Source of the DNA: an uncultured Candidatus Saccharibacteria bacterium
GTDB taxonomy: Bacteria; Patescibacteriota; Minisyncoccia; UBA6257; 2-01-FULL-56-20
Reading direction: 5' to 3'
Length of the DNA stretch: 63,682 nt
Assembly (NCBI GenBank): GCA_964442965.1
Contig: CAYUBE010000002.1
Location: 1-63,682 of the forward strand
Below, one piece after another: positions 54,846 through 63,493 of this stretch (its first letter is position 1; every line of letters begins with the position of its first letter). The notes under the pieces were generated by a model, which was not told the DNA's origin, ran no database searches, and saw only the letters and a program-made list of their open reading frames with translations. Both the position numbers and the translations under genes were made by a program.

Positions 54846-54955
54846 AAACGGCAAACTTTGTCGGTGCGGATGGGGAAGTCTCGTTCGACGCGGTGGGACT
54901 CAGAGTTCCCAATATATTTTTCGCCAAGCTTGAGAATGGCAATGTCACTCAATGA
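54782..54955 (+). pseudogene. C-terminal remnant of a LivJ-like substrate-binding protein gene
   Basis: Hand translation in frame 2: ...LLANTYDPNAQKWVANMKTANFVGADGEVSFDAVGLRVPNIFFAKLENGNVTQ*. This is a typical SBP C-terminus with no N-terminal part. Confidence 0.6.
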
Positions 54956-56094
54956 ACAAAAATAAAAAAATCTGGATCGCGGCTATCGTTATTCTCGTTC
55001 TCGCGTTCATTGGCTGGCGAGTCTATCAAGGGAGTCAGCAAAATTCCGGTTCCATCAAGATTGGTGTTGCGAGCCTCATGAGCGGGGATTGGGCGGCACT
55101 CGGAGAGAATATTTTAAATACCGCAGACTTAGCGGTTGATCAGATCAACTCAATGGGCGGCGTGAATGGTAGAAAATTAGAGATTGTCTCTGAAGATTCC
55201 GGTGTAGACGGCCCAACGGGCATTTCGGCAGTTTCCAAACTCATTAATATAGACGGTGTGAAATATGTCATCGGTGGCATGGCGAGCAACGGAACGGACG
55301 CCGCGGCACCTCTCTTTGATCAGAATCACGTTATTGATCTTGTGCCGGTGACTGGCGGCAAGGATATTGATACTGCGGGAGAATATGTTTTCAGGATCGC
55401 GAACTCGGATAGCTTGGCCGGAACGGATATCGCCGATGCCATGATCGGACTTGGCTATAAAAACGTAGCAATCGTAAACGAGATTACTGAGTATACACTT
55501 GATCTAACCGCAAGTTTTAAACAAGAATTTACAAGCCGTGGAGGAACTATTGTTGCCGAGGATGATTTCCAGCCTGGAACGAATGATTTTCAGACAACGA
55601 TAACGAAGTTCAAAGGGCAAAAAATTCAGGCAGTTTTGGTGGCTTCGCAGACCGGCATCAGCGGAGCCTTCTTTGTGAAACAGTCGCGTGAACTTGGCTT
55701 TACGCCGCCCATGTTTTCAGATTTCACCTTTGTCACCAATACCGCCGCCCAAAAGATAGTCGGGTCATTTGATGGAATTTATTTTGCCGACCCGGCGTAT
55801 GATGCGGAAAACCCTGATCTCCTGACGTTTTTCAAAACATATCAAGATCAGTATGGTTACGCCCCATCAATTCCGTTTCAGACAGCAGCAACGTATGATG
55901 CGGTACACATGATAGTTGATGCTATAAAGGCGGTTGGCGACAATAGCATCGCCGTTCACGATTGGCTGCTCGCAAATGTAAAAAACTATCACGGTTTTAT
56001 GGGGACATACTCTCTCGACGCAAATGGTAACTCTGATCTCGGTTTTGTAATAAAAATTATGAAAAATGGTCAACCCATGTCAGTCAATTATTAA
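54952..56094 (+). CDS. LivJ-like ABC substrate-binding protein, second copy
   Basis: 380 aa, TM anchor, IGVASLMSGDWAALG...INSMGGVNGRKLEI. Confidence 0.85.
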   Translation: MNKNKKIWIAAIVILVLAFIGWRVYQGSQQNSGSIKIGVASLMSGDWAALGENILNTADLAVDQINSMGGVNGRKLEIVSEDSGVDGPTGISAVSKLINIDGVKYVIGGMASNGTDAAAPLFDQNHVIDLVPVTGGKDIDTAGEYVFRIANSDSLAGTDIADAMIGLGYKNVAIVNEITEYTLDLTASFKQEFTSRGGTIVAEDDFQPGTNDFQTTITKFKGQKIQAVLVASQTGISGAFFVKQSRELGFTPPMFSDFTFVTNTAAQKIVGSFDGIYFADPAYDAENPDLLTFFKTYQDQYGYAPSIPFQTAATYDAVHMIVDAIKAVGDNSIAVHDWLLANVKNYHGFMGTYSLDANGNSDLGFVIKIMKNGQPMSVNY

Positions 56095-56095
56095 A

Positions 56096-56851
56096 ATGAA
56101 CATTCTCGAAACAAGAAACCTAGATAAGCATTTTGGTGGGGTGGTGGCGGTGGACCGGCTGTCGATTTCTATTGAAAAAGGAAAAATAACGAGCGTTGTG
56201 GGACCGAATGGGTCGGGCAAAACGACGCTCGTGAACATTCTCAGCGGTTTTTTCCCGATAACTGCGGGCGTAGTCATGATTGATGGAGTCGCGCTCAAAA
56301 GGATGAGCGCCGCAGACGTGGCTTCGTACGGAATCACGCGTACTTTTCAGGAAGTGCGACTCTTCAACCAGATGCCGGTTTTGGATAACATCCTTATTAC
56401 GCTTACGGAACGGAATGTGGTCGGCGCACTTTTCGAAAAACACAATGCGTTCCATCTTGTGAGGGCGGAAGAATTGCTTAAGAAAGTTGGTCTCTCTGAA
56501 AAGCGGCATGAGATGGCGGGAAATTTATCGTATGGCCAACGGAAGCTTCTTGAGATCGCGCGGGCACTCGCCATGACCCGTTCGACAGGCTCAGGGCAAG
56601 CCTGCGAGATATTACTTTTCGATGAGCCGTTCGCCGGGCTTTTTCCGGAAATGATAAAGATCGTCGTCGCGGTCCTTAAGGAACTTCGCTCCGAAGGCAA
56701 GACGTCGGTGCTGATTGAACACAACATGGACCTCATTCGCGAACTTTCCGATTATACGATCGTTATGGATGACGGGAAACTGCTTGCCGAAGGAAAACCA
56801 AACGAAGTGCTCGCCGAACGAAAGGTCATCGAGGCGTATCTCGGTGAGTAA
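56096..56851 (+). CDS. livG: branched-chain amino acid ABC ATPase LivG-type
   Basis: GPNGSGKTT, LSYGQRKLLEIARAL, LFDEPFAGL. Contains a 9-codon extra segment. Confidence 0.9.
   Translation: MNILETRNLDKHFGGVVAVDRLSISIEKGKITSVVGPNGSGKTTLVNILSGFFPITAGVVMIDGVALKRMSAADVASYGITRTFQEVRLFNQMPVLDNILITLTERNVVGALFEKHNAFHLVRAEELLKKVGLSEKRHEMAGNLSYGQRKLLEIARALAMTRSTGSGQACEILLFDEPFAGLFPEMIKIVVAVLKELRSEGKTSVLIEHNMDLIRELSDYTIVMDDGKLLAEGKPNEVLAERKVIEAYLGE
56586..56604 (+). repeat. in-frame mini-palindrome inside livG
   Basis: CAGGCT-CAGGGCA-AGCCTG encodes ...RSTGSGQAC... between the ABC signature and Walker B. Confidence 0.55.
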
Positions 56852-56985
56852 TTTCTAATTTCCAATATCTAATTTCTAGTGGAATGACAAAGGTTAAAAT
56901 AATAAAAGAGAATATTTTCCAAGAAATTTGGTATTGGACATTTCATTAGAAATTAGGAATTAGATATTAGAAATTCATCCTATCT
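56852..56985. repeat. AATTAGAAAT-family hairpin element (full copy)
   Basis: CTAAT-word left arm, AT-rich centre, ATTAG-word right arm (CATTTCATTAGAAATTAGGAATTAGATATTAGAAATT). Confidence 0.85.
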
Positions 56986-57705
56986 ATGGAACAAATTCTT
57001 GAACTCAAAAATGCTCACGTTCACTACGGCGGCGTGAAGGCGCTCGATGGTGCGGACATCGCAGTCCGCGAAGGGGAAATGGTCGCTCTCATGGGACCGA
57101 ATGGCGCAGGTAAATCAACCGCACTCAAGGCGATTTTCGGTCTTGCGCCGATGTCTCCTGGAAAGGTGCTGTGGCATGGAGCTGAGGTGCGCCCGGTTTC
57201 TTACGAAATGGTGGAGCGCGGTATCTCGTTTGTGCCGCAAGGCCGCCGCGTATTCACGCATCTTACCGTCGAGGAAAATCTCGAGATCGGCGGCATCACG
57301 GTTCCCGATAAGCGTGAGCTAAGACGTCGCATTGACGAAGCCATGGATATTTTCCCTGTTTTGCGGACCAAGCGGAAGCAAAAATCAGGGGAGCTTTCCG
57401 GTGGGGAACAGCAGATGGTGGCATTGGCGCGCGGCATCGTGACGGATCCGAAAGTTTTGCTCCTGGATGAGCCGTCACTTGGGCTTGCGCCGAAGATCGT
57501 GAAAGAAGTTTTTCAAAAAATAAAGGAAATCAATGAACGGCATGGCACGGCGATCATGATCGTAGAACACAATATTAAATCGCTCTTTGAAATTGTGCAC
57601 CGTGCGTACATTTTAGATAAAGGAAGAGTTGCGAAAGAAGGTGAACCATCGGCGCTTGTTACGAGCGGCATTCTCGAGAAAGTTTTTTTAGGGAAATTGG
57701 AATAG
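56986..57705 (+). CDS. livF: branched-chain amino acid ABC ATPase LivF-type
   Basis: GPNGAGKST, LSGGEQQMVALARG, LLLDEPSLGLAP. Confidence 0.9.
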   Translation: MEQILELKNAHVHYGGVKALDGADIAVREGEMVALMGPNGAGKSTALKAIFGLAPMSPGKVLWHGAEVRPVSYEMVERGISFVPQGRRVFTHLTVEENLEIGGITVPDKRELRRRIDEAMDIFPVLRTKRKQKSGELSGGEQQMVALARGIVTDPKVLLLDEPSLGLAPKIVKEVFQKIKEINERHGTAIMIVEHNIKSLFEIVHRAYILDKGRVAKEGEPSALVTSGILEKVFLGKLE

Positions 57706-57840
57706 AATGGATTCCTAATATCCAATATCTAATTCCTAATTTCTAATGAAATGATAAATGTCAAAATATCGAAATTAATTTCGAGATTAGAAATTGAACA
57801 TTTCATTAGGAATTAGGTATTGGAAATTAGTAATTCGTCT
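57706..57840. repeat. AATTAGAAAT-family hairpin element (full copy)
   Basis: TTCCTAATATCCAATATCTAATTCCTAATTTCTAATGAAATG ... CATTTCATTAGGAATTAGGTATTGGAAATTAG. Confidence 0.85.
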
Positions 57841-57997
57841 CCGGAAAAGTTATGCACAGTTTTTTGAGAAATCGAAAAATTGATTTGCTACAATTAAGGT
57901 AAGATAAATTTTCAGAAAGATCACTTCACCGATCTTCTGAAAATTGGTTGGGGTGGTCGGCAACCCAATCGCATCGAAATTTAAAATAAAAAATAAA

Positions 57998-58048
57998 ATG
58001 CCAGCAAAGAAAAAGACGAAGAAGAAGGCAGCAAAGAAGAAGAAATAA
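57998..58048 (+). CDS. 16-codon Lys-rich micro-ORF (MPAKKKTKKKAAKKKK)
   Basis: Stand-alone unit with a possible promoter (TTGAGA 57864-57869 / TGCTACAAT 57886-57894) and a strong terminator directly after the stop. Confidence 0.3.
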   Translation: MPAKKKTKKKAAKKKK

Positions 58049-58053
58049 CCTTC

Positions 58054-58084
58054 AAAAACACCCGCGCTTAGCGCGGGTGTTTTT
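58054..58084 (+). terminator. intrinsic terminator after the micro-ORF
   Basis: AAAAACACCCGCGC-TTA-GCGCGGGTGTTTTT. Confidence 0.85.
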
Positions 58085-58255
58085 CTATTAGAGGAAACCC
58101 CGGGCGAGGGCCATTGAAAACGGGTATACTGTGGTTATCTCACGCCCGAGCCCGGGGATGAATCAATCCCGGAGCGCAGCGGAGGCATGTTGCGTCAGAC
58201 GTAGTTCAAAGGAAGCCCCGGGTGGAGCAGAGCGGAACCCGGGGAGGATGTCACT

Positions 58256-58318
58256 ATTGAGATCGTATCTCCATCGGAGATACGATCTCGGCATTTCTAT
58301 CGAGATACGATCTTGATA
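58256..58318. repeat. cluster of three REP-like palindrome copies
   Basis: ATTGAGATCGTATCTCC (58256-58272), inverted GGAGATACGATCTCGG (58276-58291) and TATCGAGATACGATCTTGATA (58298-58318). Confidence 0.85.
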
Positions 58319-58472
58319 CGAGTCAAGTGGGGAAAAGGCCTTCTGGGGCCATTTTTTGTTCCTGTGCATATCTCCGTGCGCATGAAAAAAAGCTGTCTAG
58401 AAAAGCTAAGGAAAATCTATGTTTTCATAATGCCACAACCTTTGATATGTCGGATTTTGACATAAAACCCAG

Positions 58473-58543
58473 GTGGGGTATCATTAAACAAAAGTGGTGG
58501 GCTGTGGATAACTATGGGGATAAAGCACCACTTATGGGGATAA
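58473..58543 (+). promoter_or_regulatory. candidate MraZ operator (phased GTGG/TGGGG boxes)
   Basis: GTGGGG 58473, AAAGTGGTGGG 58491-58501, GTGGA 58504, TATGGGGATAA 58513-58523 and 58533-58543. Box spacing is about 10-11 nt or multiples of it. Confidence 0.4.
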
Positions 58544-58621
58544 CTAAGTAGCCACTAATGACTAGTAATAAATAGTTTTTAATTTCTAGTGGCTAGTCGC
58601 TAATGGCTAATAACTATTTCT

Positions 58622-59053
58622 ATGCTTCTTGGAGAATTCAAACACAATCTGGATATCAAAGGTCGAATGGCGATTCCGGCAAAGTTCCGCGATAAATTGG
58701 AAGCCGGCGCCATTATCACGCGCGGAATAGATAACTGCTTGTTTGTTTTTGCAAACAACGAGTGGGAAATTCTCGCGAAGAAATTGGTCGCGTTGCCGTT
58801 AGCGCAAGCGAACTCGCGGGCATTCGCGCGCCTCATGCTGGCAGGTGCAACGGATGTCGAACTGGATAATCAGGGAAGAATATTGATTCCCGATTATCTG
58901 CGGAAGTATGCGGGTTTGTCGAAGGCGGTCGTCGTGGCGGGTCTCTATAATCGCATTGAGATATGGGACGACGCGGCGTGGACCACGTACAAGGTGAAGA
59001 CGGAAAGTTCTTCCGAGGAAATTGCCGAACAATTAGGCGAACTGGGAATATAG
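58622..59053 (+). CDS. mraZ: division/cell wall cluster transcriptional regulator MraZ
   Basis: GEFKHNLDIKGRMAIPAKFR and a second SpoVT-AbrB repeat DNQGRILIPDYLR. Confidence 0.93.
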   Translation: MLLGEFKHNLDIKGRMAIPAKFRDKLEAGAIITRGIDNCLFVFANNEWEILAKKLVALPLAQANSRAFARLMLAGATDVELDNQGRILIPDYLRKYAGLSKAVVVAGLYNRIEIWDDAAWTTYKVKTESSSEEIAEQLGELGI

Positions 59054-59150
59054 GAAAATTTCTAATTTCTAATTTCTAATATCCAATGAAATGTTAAATG
59101 TTAGAAATTTGAACTTTCATCGGGAATTAGATATTAGTTATTAGAAATTT

Positions 59151-60059
59151 ATGTCTCATACACCCGTTCTTTTACAAGAAGTTTTAGAAATGCTTGATCC
59201 GCGTCCCGGTGATTTTGTGATTGATGGGACGGTCGATGGTGGCGGACATGCCGCAGCCATTCTCGAAAGGATCGGTCCGAATGGAAAGTTCTTGGGATTG
59301 GATCTCGATGAGGCGATGCTTGCTGATTGCAAAACGCGGATCGCTCCGTCAAAAAACACCAGGCTTCTCGTTGGAAATTATGCCGACTTGCCGGAAATTC
59401 TCGCAAGGGAAGGGCTTGGCAAGGCAAACGGACTGCTTCTCGATCTTGGATTTTCTTCGGAACAGATCGAACACTCCGAAAGGGGATTCAGCTTCAGCGA
59501 AGCGTCGCGCGATGAGCCGCTTCTCATGACGTATGACGATTCACGTATTCCGGTCAGGGAAATATTGAAAACTATTTCCGAAAAAGAGCTGGCCGAAATC
59601 CTTTTCAATCTTGGCGGTGAGCGGCAGCGCGGCCGGATCGCGCGGGCGATCGTAGAACGGCGCCGGAAAAAAGGCGGCCTTGAGACAAGCGGTGATCTTG
59701 CAGATACCATTCGCGCTGCACTTCCGAGAGGTTATGAACACGGGCGCATTGATGCGGCGACGCGGACATTCCAGGCTTTGAGGATTCTGGCGAACGGCGA
59801 ACTGGAAAATCTACAGAGAGTGCTTGATTCGCTGGAAGATATTCTCGTGCCGGGCGGGCGGGTCGCCGCCATCAGTTTTCATTCTCTGGAAGACAGGATC
59901 GTGAAGCAGTCGTTTCGTAATATGATCAAAAATTCAAAGATGGAGCTTCTTACCAAGCGGCCCATGAAACCGATCGTCGCGTCTCGCGAAGAGATTGCGG
60001 CGAATCCTCGAAGTCGGTCGGCAAAACTGAGAGCAGGGAAGATAGTGAATAGCCACTAG
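59151..60059 (+). CDS. rsmH: 16S rRNA (cytosine1402-N4)-methyltransferase
   Basis: HTPVLLQEVLE, DGTVDGGGH, LDLGFSS, SFHSLEDRIVK. Confidence 0.95.
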   Translation: MSHTPVLLQEVLEMLDPRPGDFVIDGTVDGGGHAAAILERIGPNGKFLGLDLDEAMLADCKTRIAPSKNTRLLVGNYADLPEILAREGLGKANGLLLDLGFSSEQIEHSERGFSFSEASRDEPLLMTYDDSRIPVREILKTISEKELAEILFNLGGERQRGRIARAIVERRRKKGGLETSGDLADTIRAALPRGYEHGRIDAATRTFQALRILANGELENLQRVLDSLEDILVPGGRVAAISFHSLEDRIVKQSFRNMIKNSKMELLTKRPMKPIVASREEIAANPRSRSAKLRAGKIVNSH

Positions 60060-60138
60060 CCACCGGCTACTAGGATGTAGGGAATTAAAATATAAAAATC
60101 TCTATTGGCTATACCCTAGTGGCTAACACCTAAAATCC

Positions 60139-60429
60139 ATGACTTTTATTCAACCTAACAAAACAAATTTCTTCCTGCGCCTTTTCCTGGTGTTCCTGGT
60201 GGTTGGCCTGATGGGCGGAACGTTTTGGCTTATTACGCTCTATAATCAAACGGTCAATTTGAATCATGAGGTCGCCGCGGCTAGGGCGGAGCTCGATTCG
60301 GTCGGCGCGGAAAACACGGCGCTGAACAATCAGATCATAACGACGCTTGGCAATACCGATCAGCTGACGGCGATGGCGACTTCCGACGGTCTTGTTATCG
60401 CAAAGCCTCAATACGTGACTGCCCAGTAG
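60139..60429 (+). CDS. ftsL: FtsL-like cell division protein
   Basis: 96 aa, single TM plus a short coiled coil, at the canonical position between rsmH and ftsI. Confidence 0.6.
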   Translation: MTFIQPNKTNFFLRLFLVFLVVGLMGGTFWLITLYNQTVNLNHEVAAARAELDSVGAENTALNNQIITTLGNTDQLTAMATSDGLVIAKPQYVTAQ

Positions 60430-60440
60430 TTGACGAAGAG

Positions 60441-62081
60441 ATGAAAAACCGCACCCTGCCGCTTATTATAGGAATCATTGCTGCTTATGCGTTCCTGCTG
60501 TTCCGTGTGTCTGAGCTACAGCTTGAAAAGAACGGTTACTATACGGCGCGCGCGGCGGGAGAGCAATCAGCGTCGGCTTCGGCCGCCATGGGCCGTGGCG
60601 CGATCTACCTTACCAATACGGATGGCAGTACGCTGCCCGTCGCGATCGATCAAGATTTCCCCACTATCTACGCGGTACCCACGGCGGTGGCTGATGCGGC
60701 AGAGGCAGCCAACACGCTCGCGCCGATCCTTAATATGCCGGTCGCTACGCTCCAGGCGATCCTAAGCAGGCCGCGCGATAATTATGAATTGCTTATCCCT
60801 AAAGCAAATTCCTCGACAGCGAGCGAGGTTGCCGCACTTAACCTGCCTGGGATTTATGTCAATAACGAACCCGCGCGCTACTATCCTCTCGATACGGTTG
60901 CAGCACAGGTACTCGGGTTTGTAGGGCCGAATGCTTCGACCACCGGCGATAGCGGCCATTATGGTATTGAGGAATACGACAACACAACACTTGCCGGGGG
61001 AAATGACGTCGTGCTTACCATCGACCCGAACATTCAGATCGAGAGCGAGAAAGTATTACAGAATCTTGTTGCTACGAACGGCGCGTCCGGCGGGAGCGTC
61101 ATCGTAGAAGATCCGAAAACCGGAAAGATCCTCGCCATGGCGGGATATCCCACGTTCGATCCGAATAACTACGCTTCGTCATCATTCGGAAATTTTTTGA
61201 ATCCAACAGTGCAATCTATTTACGAGCCAGGGTCCATTTTTAAAGTTATTACGATGGCGGCGGGCATTGATGCGGGAAAAATTACACCGGATACGACCTA
61301 CGATGATCCGGGAACTTTGCATGTCGACGGGGCTAAGATAACAAATTACGATCTCGACACGCACGGTCCGTATGGTCCGGGAACGACGATGACGCAAGTC
61401 ATCGAACATTCCATCAATACCGGCGCCATCTTTGCGGAGAATCAGGTTGGCAATGCCACCTTCGAAGACTATATGAAAAAGTTTCGCATCAACCAGTTGA
61501 CGGGCATCGATGTACCCGGCGAGGTCGCAGGAACGATCAATGGCATGACGCCGAACGCGCCTCAGGTGAATTTCGATACCGTCGCCTACGGGCAGGGCGT
61601 CGCCGTGACGCCGATCGAACTCATTACGGCAATCGAGGCAATCGCGAACGGTGGCGTGATGATGCGGCCGTATCTCAATGCTTCGGCATCCCCGCAGGTG
61701 GTCGGGAGGGTCATTTCCGCATCGACGGCTGCACAGGTGACGCAGATGATGGTGGATGCCGTCGATCTCGCTCAGGTGACGAATATTAATGGCTATGCAC
61801 TCGCAGGGAAGACCGGCAGTGCATTTATTCCCGATCTGGTCCACGGTGGCTATACCAATCAACTTATCGACTCGTATGTCAGCTTTGGCCCGGCTTCGAA
61901 CCCTCGTTTTATCACGCTGATTCGCCTGAACACACTGCCCGAGACGTCGCTCGCCGCCGAGAGTGTGGTGCCGGCGTCCAAAGAGCTTTCGCAGTATCTT
62001 ATCAATTATTACAATATTCCGCCGGACCGGACGACCGCCGATGTCATTCCCAATTGTCCGGATTTGATATGCAGTAAATAA
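60441..62081 (+). CDS. ftsI: penicillin-binding protein (FtsI/PBP2-type transpeptidase)
   Basis: TM anchor, SIFK (SxxK), SINT (SxN), KTGSA (KTG). Confidence 0.9.
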   Translation: MKNRTLPLIIGIIAAYAFLLFRVSELQLEKNGYYTARAAGEQSASASAAMGRGAIYLTNTDGSTLPVAIDQDFPTIYAVPTAVADAAEAANTLAPILNMPVATLQAILSRPRDNYELLIPKANSSTASEVAALNLPGIYVNNEPARYYPLDTVAAQVLGFVGPNASTTGDSGHYGIEEYDNTTLAGGNDVVLTIDPNIQIESEKVLQNLVATNGASGGSVIVEDPKTGKILAMAGYPTFDPNNYASSSFGNFLNPTVQSIYEPGSIFKVITMAAGIDAGKITPDTTYDDPGTLHVDGAKITNYDLDTHGPYGPGTTMTQVIEHSINTGAIFAENQVGNATFEDYMKKFRINQLTGIDVPGEVAGTINGMTPNAPQVNFDTVAYGQGVAVTPIELITAIEAIANGGVMMRPYLNASASPQVVGRVISASTAAQVTQMMVDAVDLAQVTNINGYALAGKTGSAFIPDLVHGGYTNQLIDSYVSFGPASNPRFITLIRLNTLPETSLAAESVVPASKELSQYLINYYNIPPDRTTADVIPNCPDLICSK

Positions 62082-62096
62082 CAGCACCGACGTACT

Positions 62097-63401
62097 ATGG
62101 AATCGATCACCGTTAAAATAATCCGCCCCATCTCAGGTTTTCTTGCGCGCCTCACGCTCATGCGGTATTCGCCGCGCATCGTAGGCGTTACGGGCAGTGT
62201 CGGAAAAACATCGACGAAGCGTGCGGTCGCCGCCGTGCTCGGAAAGATTCGCCGTGTGCGCATAGCCGAGGGAAATTTAAATAATGAAATAGGAATGTCG
62301 CTTGCGATTCTTGGCAATTGGAGCGGCGAAGAACTGAAATTAGTAAGCCACGATCAGCCAGTAGGCACATCAAAGTTCCGGAAGCTTGCGTTCTGGATGA
62401 AAGTTCTTTGTATAGGTGCGTGGCGGATTATTGTGAAGTCAAAAAAATATCCCGAGGTCCTCATTTTGGAATACGGTGCCGATCGTCCTGGCGATATTTT
62501 GCGTCTGATGCGGATCGCGCGACCCACAGTCGGTATCGTGACCGCAGTTGGCGACAAGCCGGCGCACGTCGAGTTTTATGCCGGGCCGGAGGAGGTGGCG
62601 CGCGAGAAGGCGAGACTGATCGAGCGGCTCGCGCCGGGCAATTTCGCCGTTCTGAATCACGATGACGATATGGTCCATGATCTGCGGGATCATACGCGCG
62701 GCCGCGTGATGACCTATGGCTTTGAAGAGGGCGCCGATCTGCGAATCGTCCGTTTTGAAAATCGCGTGCGCGACGGAATGCCTCTCGGAATTTCTTTCAA
62801 GCTTGAATACGAGGGAAGTTCGGTGCCGGTCCGCGTGGATGGTGTTTTTGGCAGAGCATCCGCCTACGCCGCGTCGGCCGCGGCGTGCGTAGGCTTGATT
62901 TTCAAGATGAACCTCGTTACCATTTCGGAAGCGCTTGCGGAATTCATTCCCGCGCCGTCGCGCATGGAGCTTCTGCCCGGCATCAAGCGTACGCTCGTGA
63001 TCGACGACGCTTACAACGCAAGTCCGCTTTCCGTGCGCGCTTCGCTCGACACGTTGAAAGATTTGCCGGCATTGCGCAAGATCGCAGTTTTGGGCGATAT
63101 GCTTGAAATCGGGAAATATACGATTGAAGCACATGAAAGCGTGGGCCGCGAGGTCGCGGACGTGGCAGATGTGCTTTTCACTGTTGGCGGACGGGCAAAG
63201 TTTATTGCCGAAGCGGCACGTGACGCGGGATTGAACAAGAGCCACATTTTTTCTTTTGACGTGGTCGAAGAAGTGGTTCAGCCGCTCACGCATCTCATGA
63301 AGAAGGGCGACCTCGTGCTCGTGAAAGGATCGCATGCGATGAGGTTAAATGTGGCAGTAGAGGCCATCACGGCCGAACCCCTTGCGACGGAAGAAGTGTA
63401 A
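62097..63401 (+). CDS. murF: UDP-N-acetylmuramoyl-tripeptide--D-alanyl-D-alanine ligase
   Basis: GVTGSVGKTSTK, NLNNEIG, DDAYNASPLS. Confidence 0.9.
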   Translation: MESITVKIIRPISGFLARLTLMRYSPRIVGVTGSVGKTSTKRAVAAVLGKIRRVRIAEGNLNNEIGMSLAILGNWSGEELKLVSHDQPVGTSKFRKLAFWMKVLCIGAWRIIVKSKKYPEVLILEYGADRPGDILRLMRIARPTVGIVTAVGDKPAHVEFYAGPEEVAREKARLIERLAPGNFAVLNHDDDMVHDLRDHTRGRVMTYGFEEGADLRIVRFENRVRDGMPLGISFKLEYEGSSVPVRVDGVFGRASAYAASAAACVGLIFKMNLVTISEALAEFIPAPSRMELLPGIKRTLVIDDAYNASPLSVRASLDTLKDLPALRKIAVLGDMLEIGKYTIEAHESVGREVADVADVLFTVGGRAKFIAEAARDAGLNKSHIFSFDVVEEVVQPLTHLMKKGDLVLVKGSHAMRLNVAVEAITAEPLATEEV

Positions 63402-63493
63402 ACGTTCGATTCAAGATTTAGGATTCAAGAATTAAGAAGGAATATTCTTAAATCTCGAATCCTGATTCCTGAATCTTTCTCGGAATCAAATTT

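Noticed and set aside
58327-58551. 74-aa ORF upstream of mraZ.
   Set aside because: It has no start context and its Trp/Gly-rich C-terminus is produced by the GTGG/TGGGG box array. The region is better explained as the mraZ regulatory region.
62082-62096. Absence of murE between ftsI and murF as a meaningful loss.
   Set aside because: dcw gene order varies and murE may be encoded elsewhere. This cannot be judged from one window.
61182-63335. 301-aa and 298-aa minus-strand ORFs (61182..62087 and 62439..63335).
   Set aside because: They are antisense to ftsI and murF, which carry the SxxK/SxN/KTG and Mur ligase motifs. The antisense ORFs are Arg-rich with no family signal.
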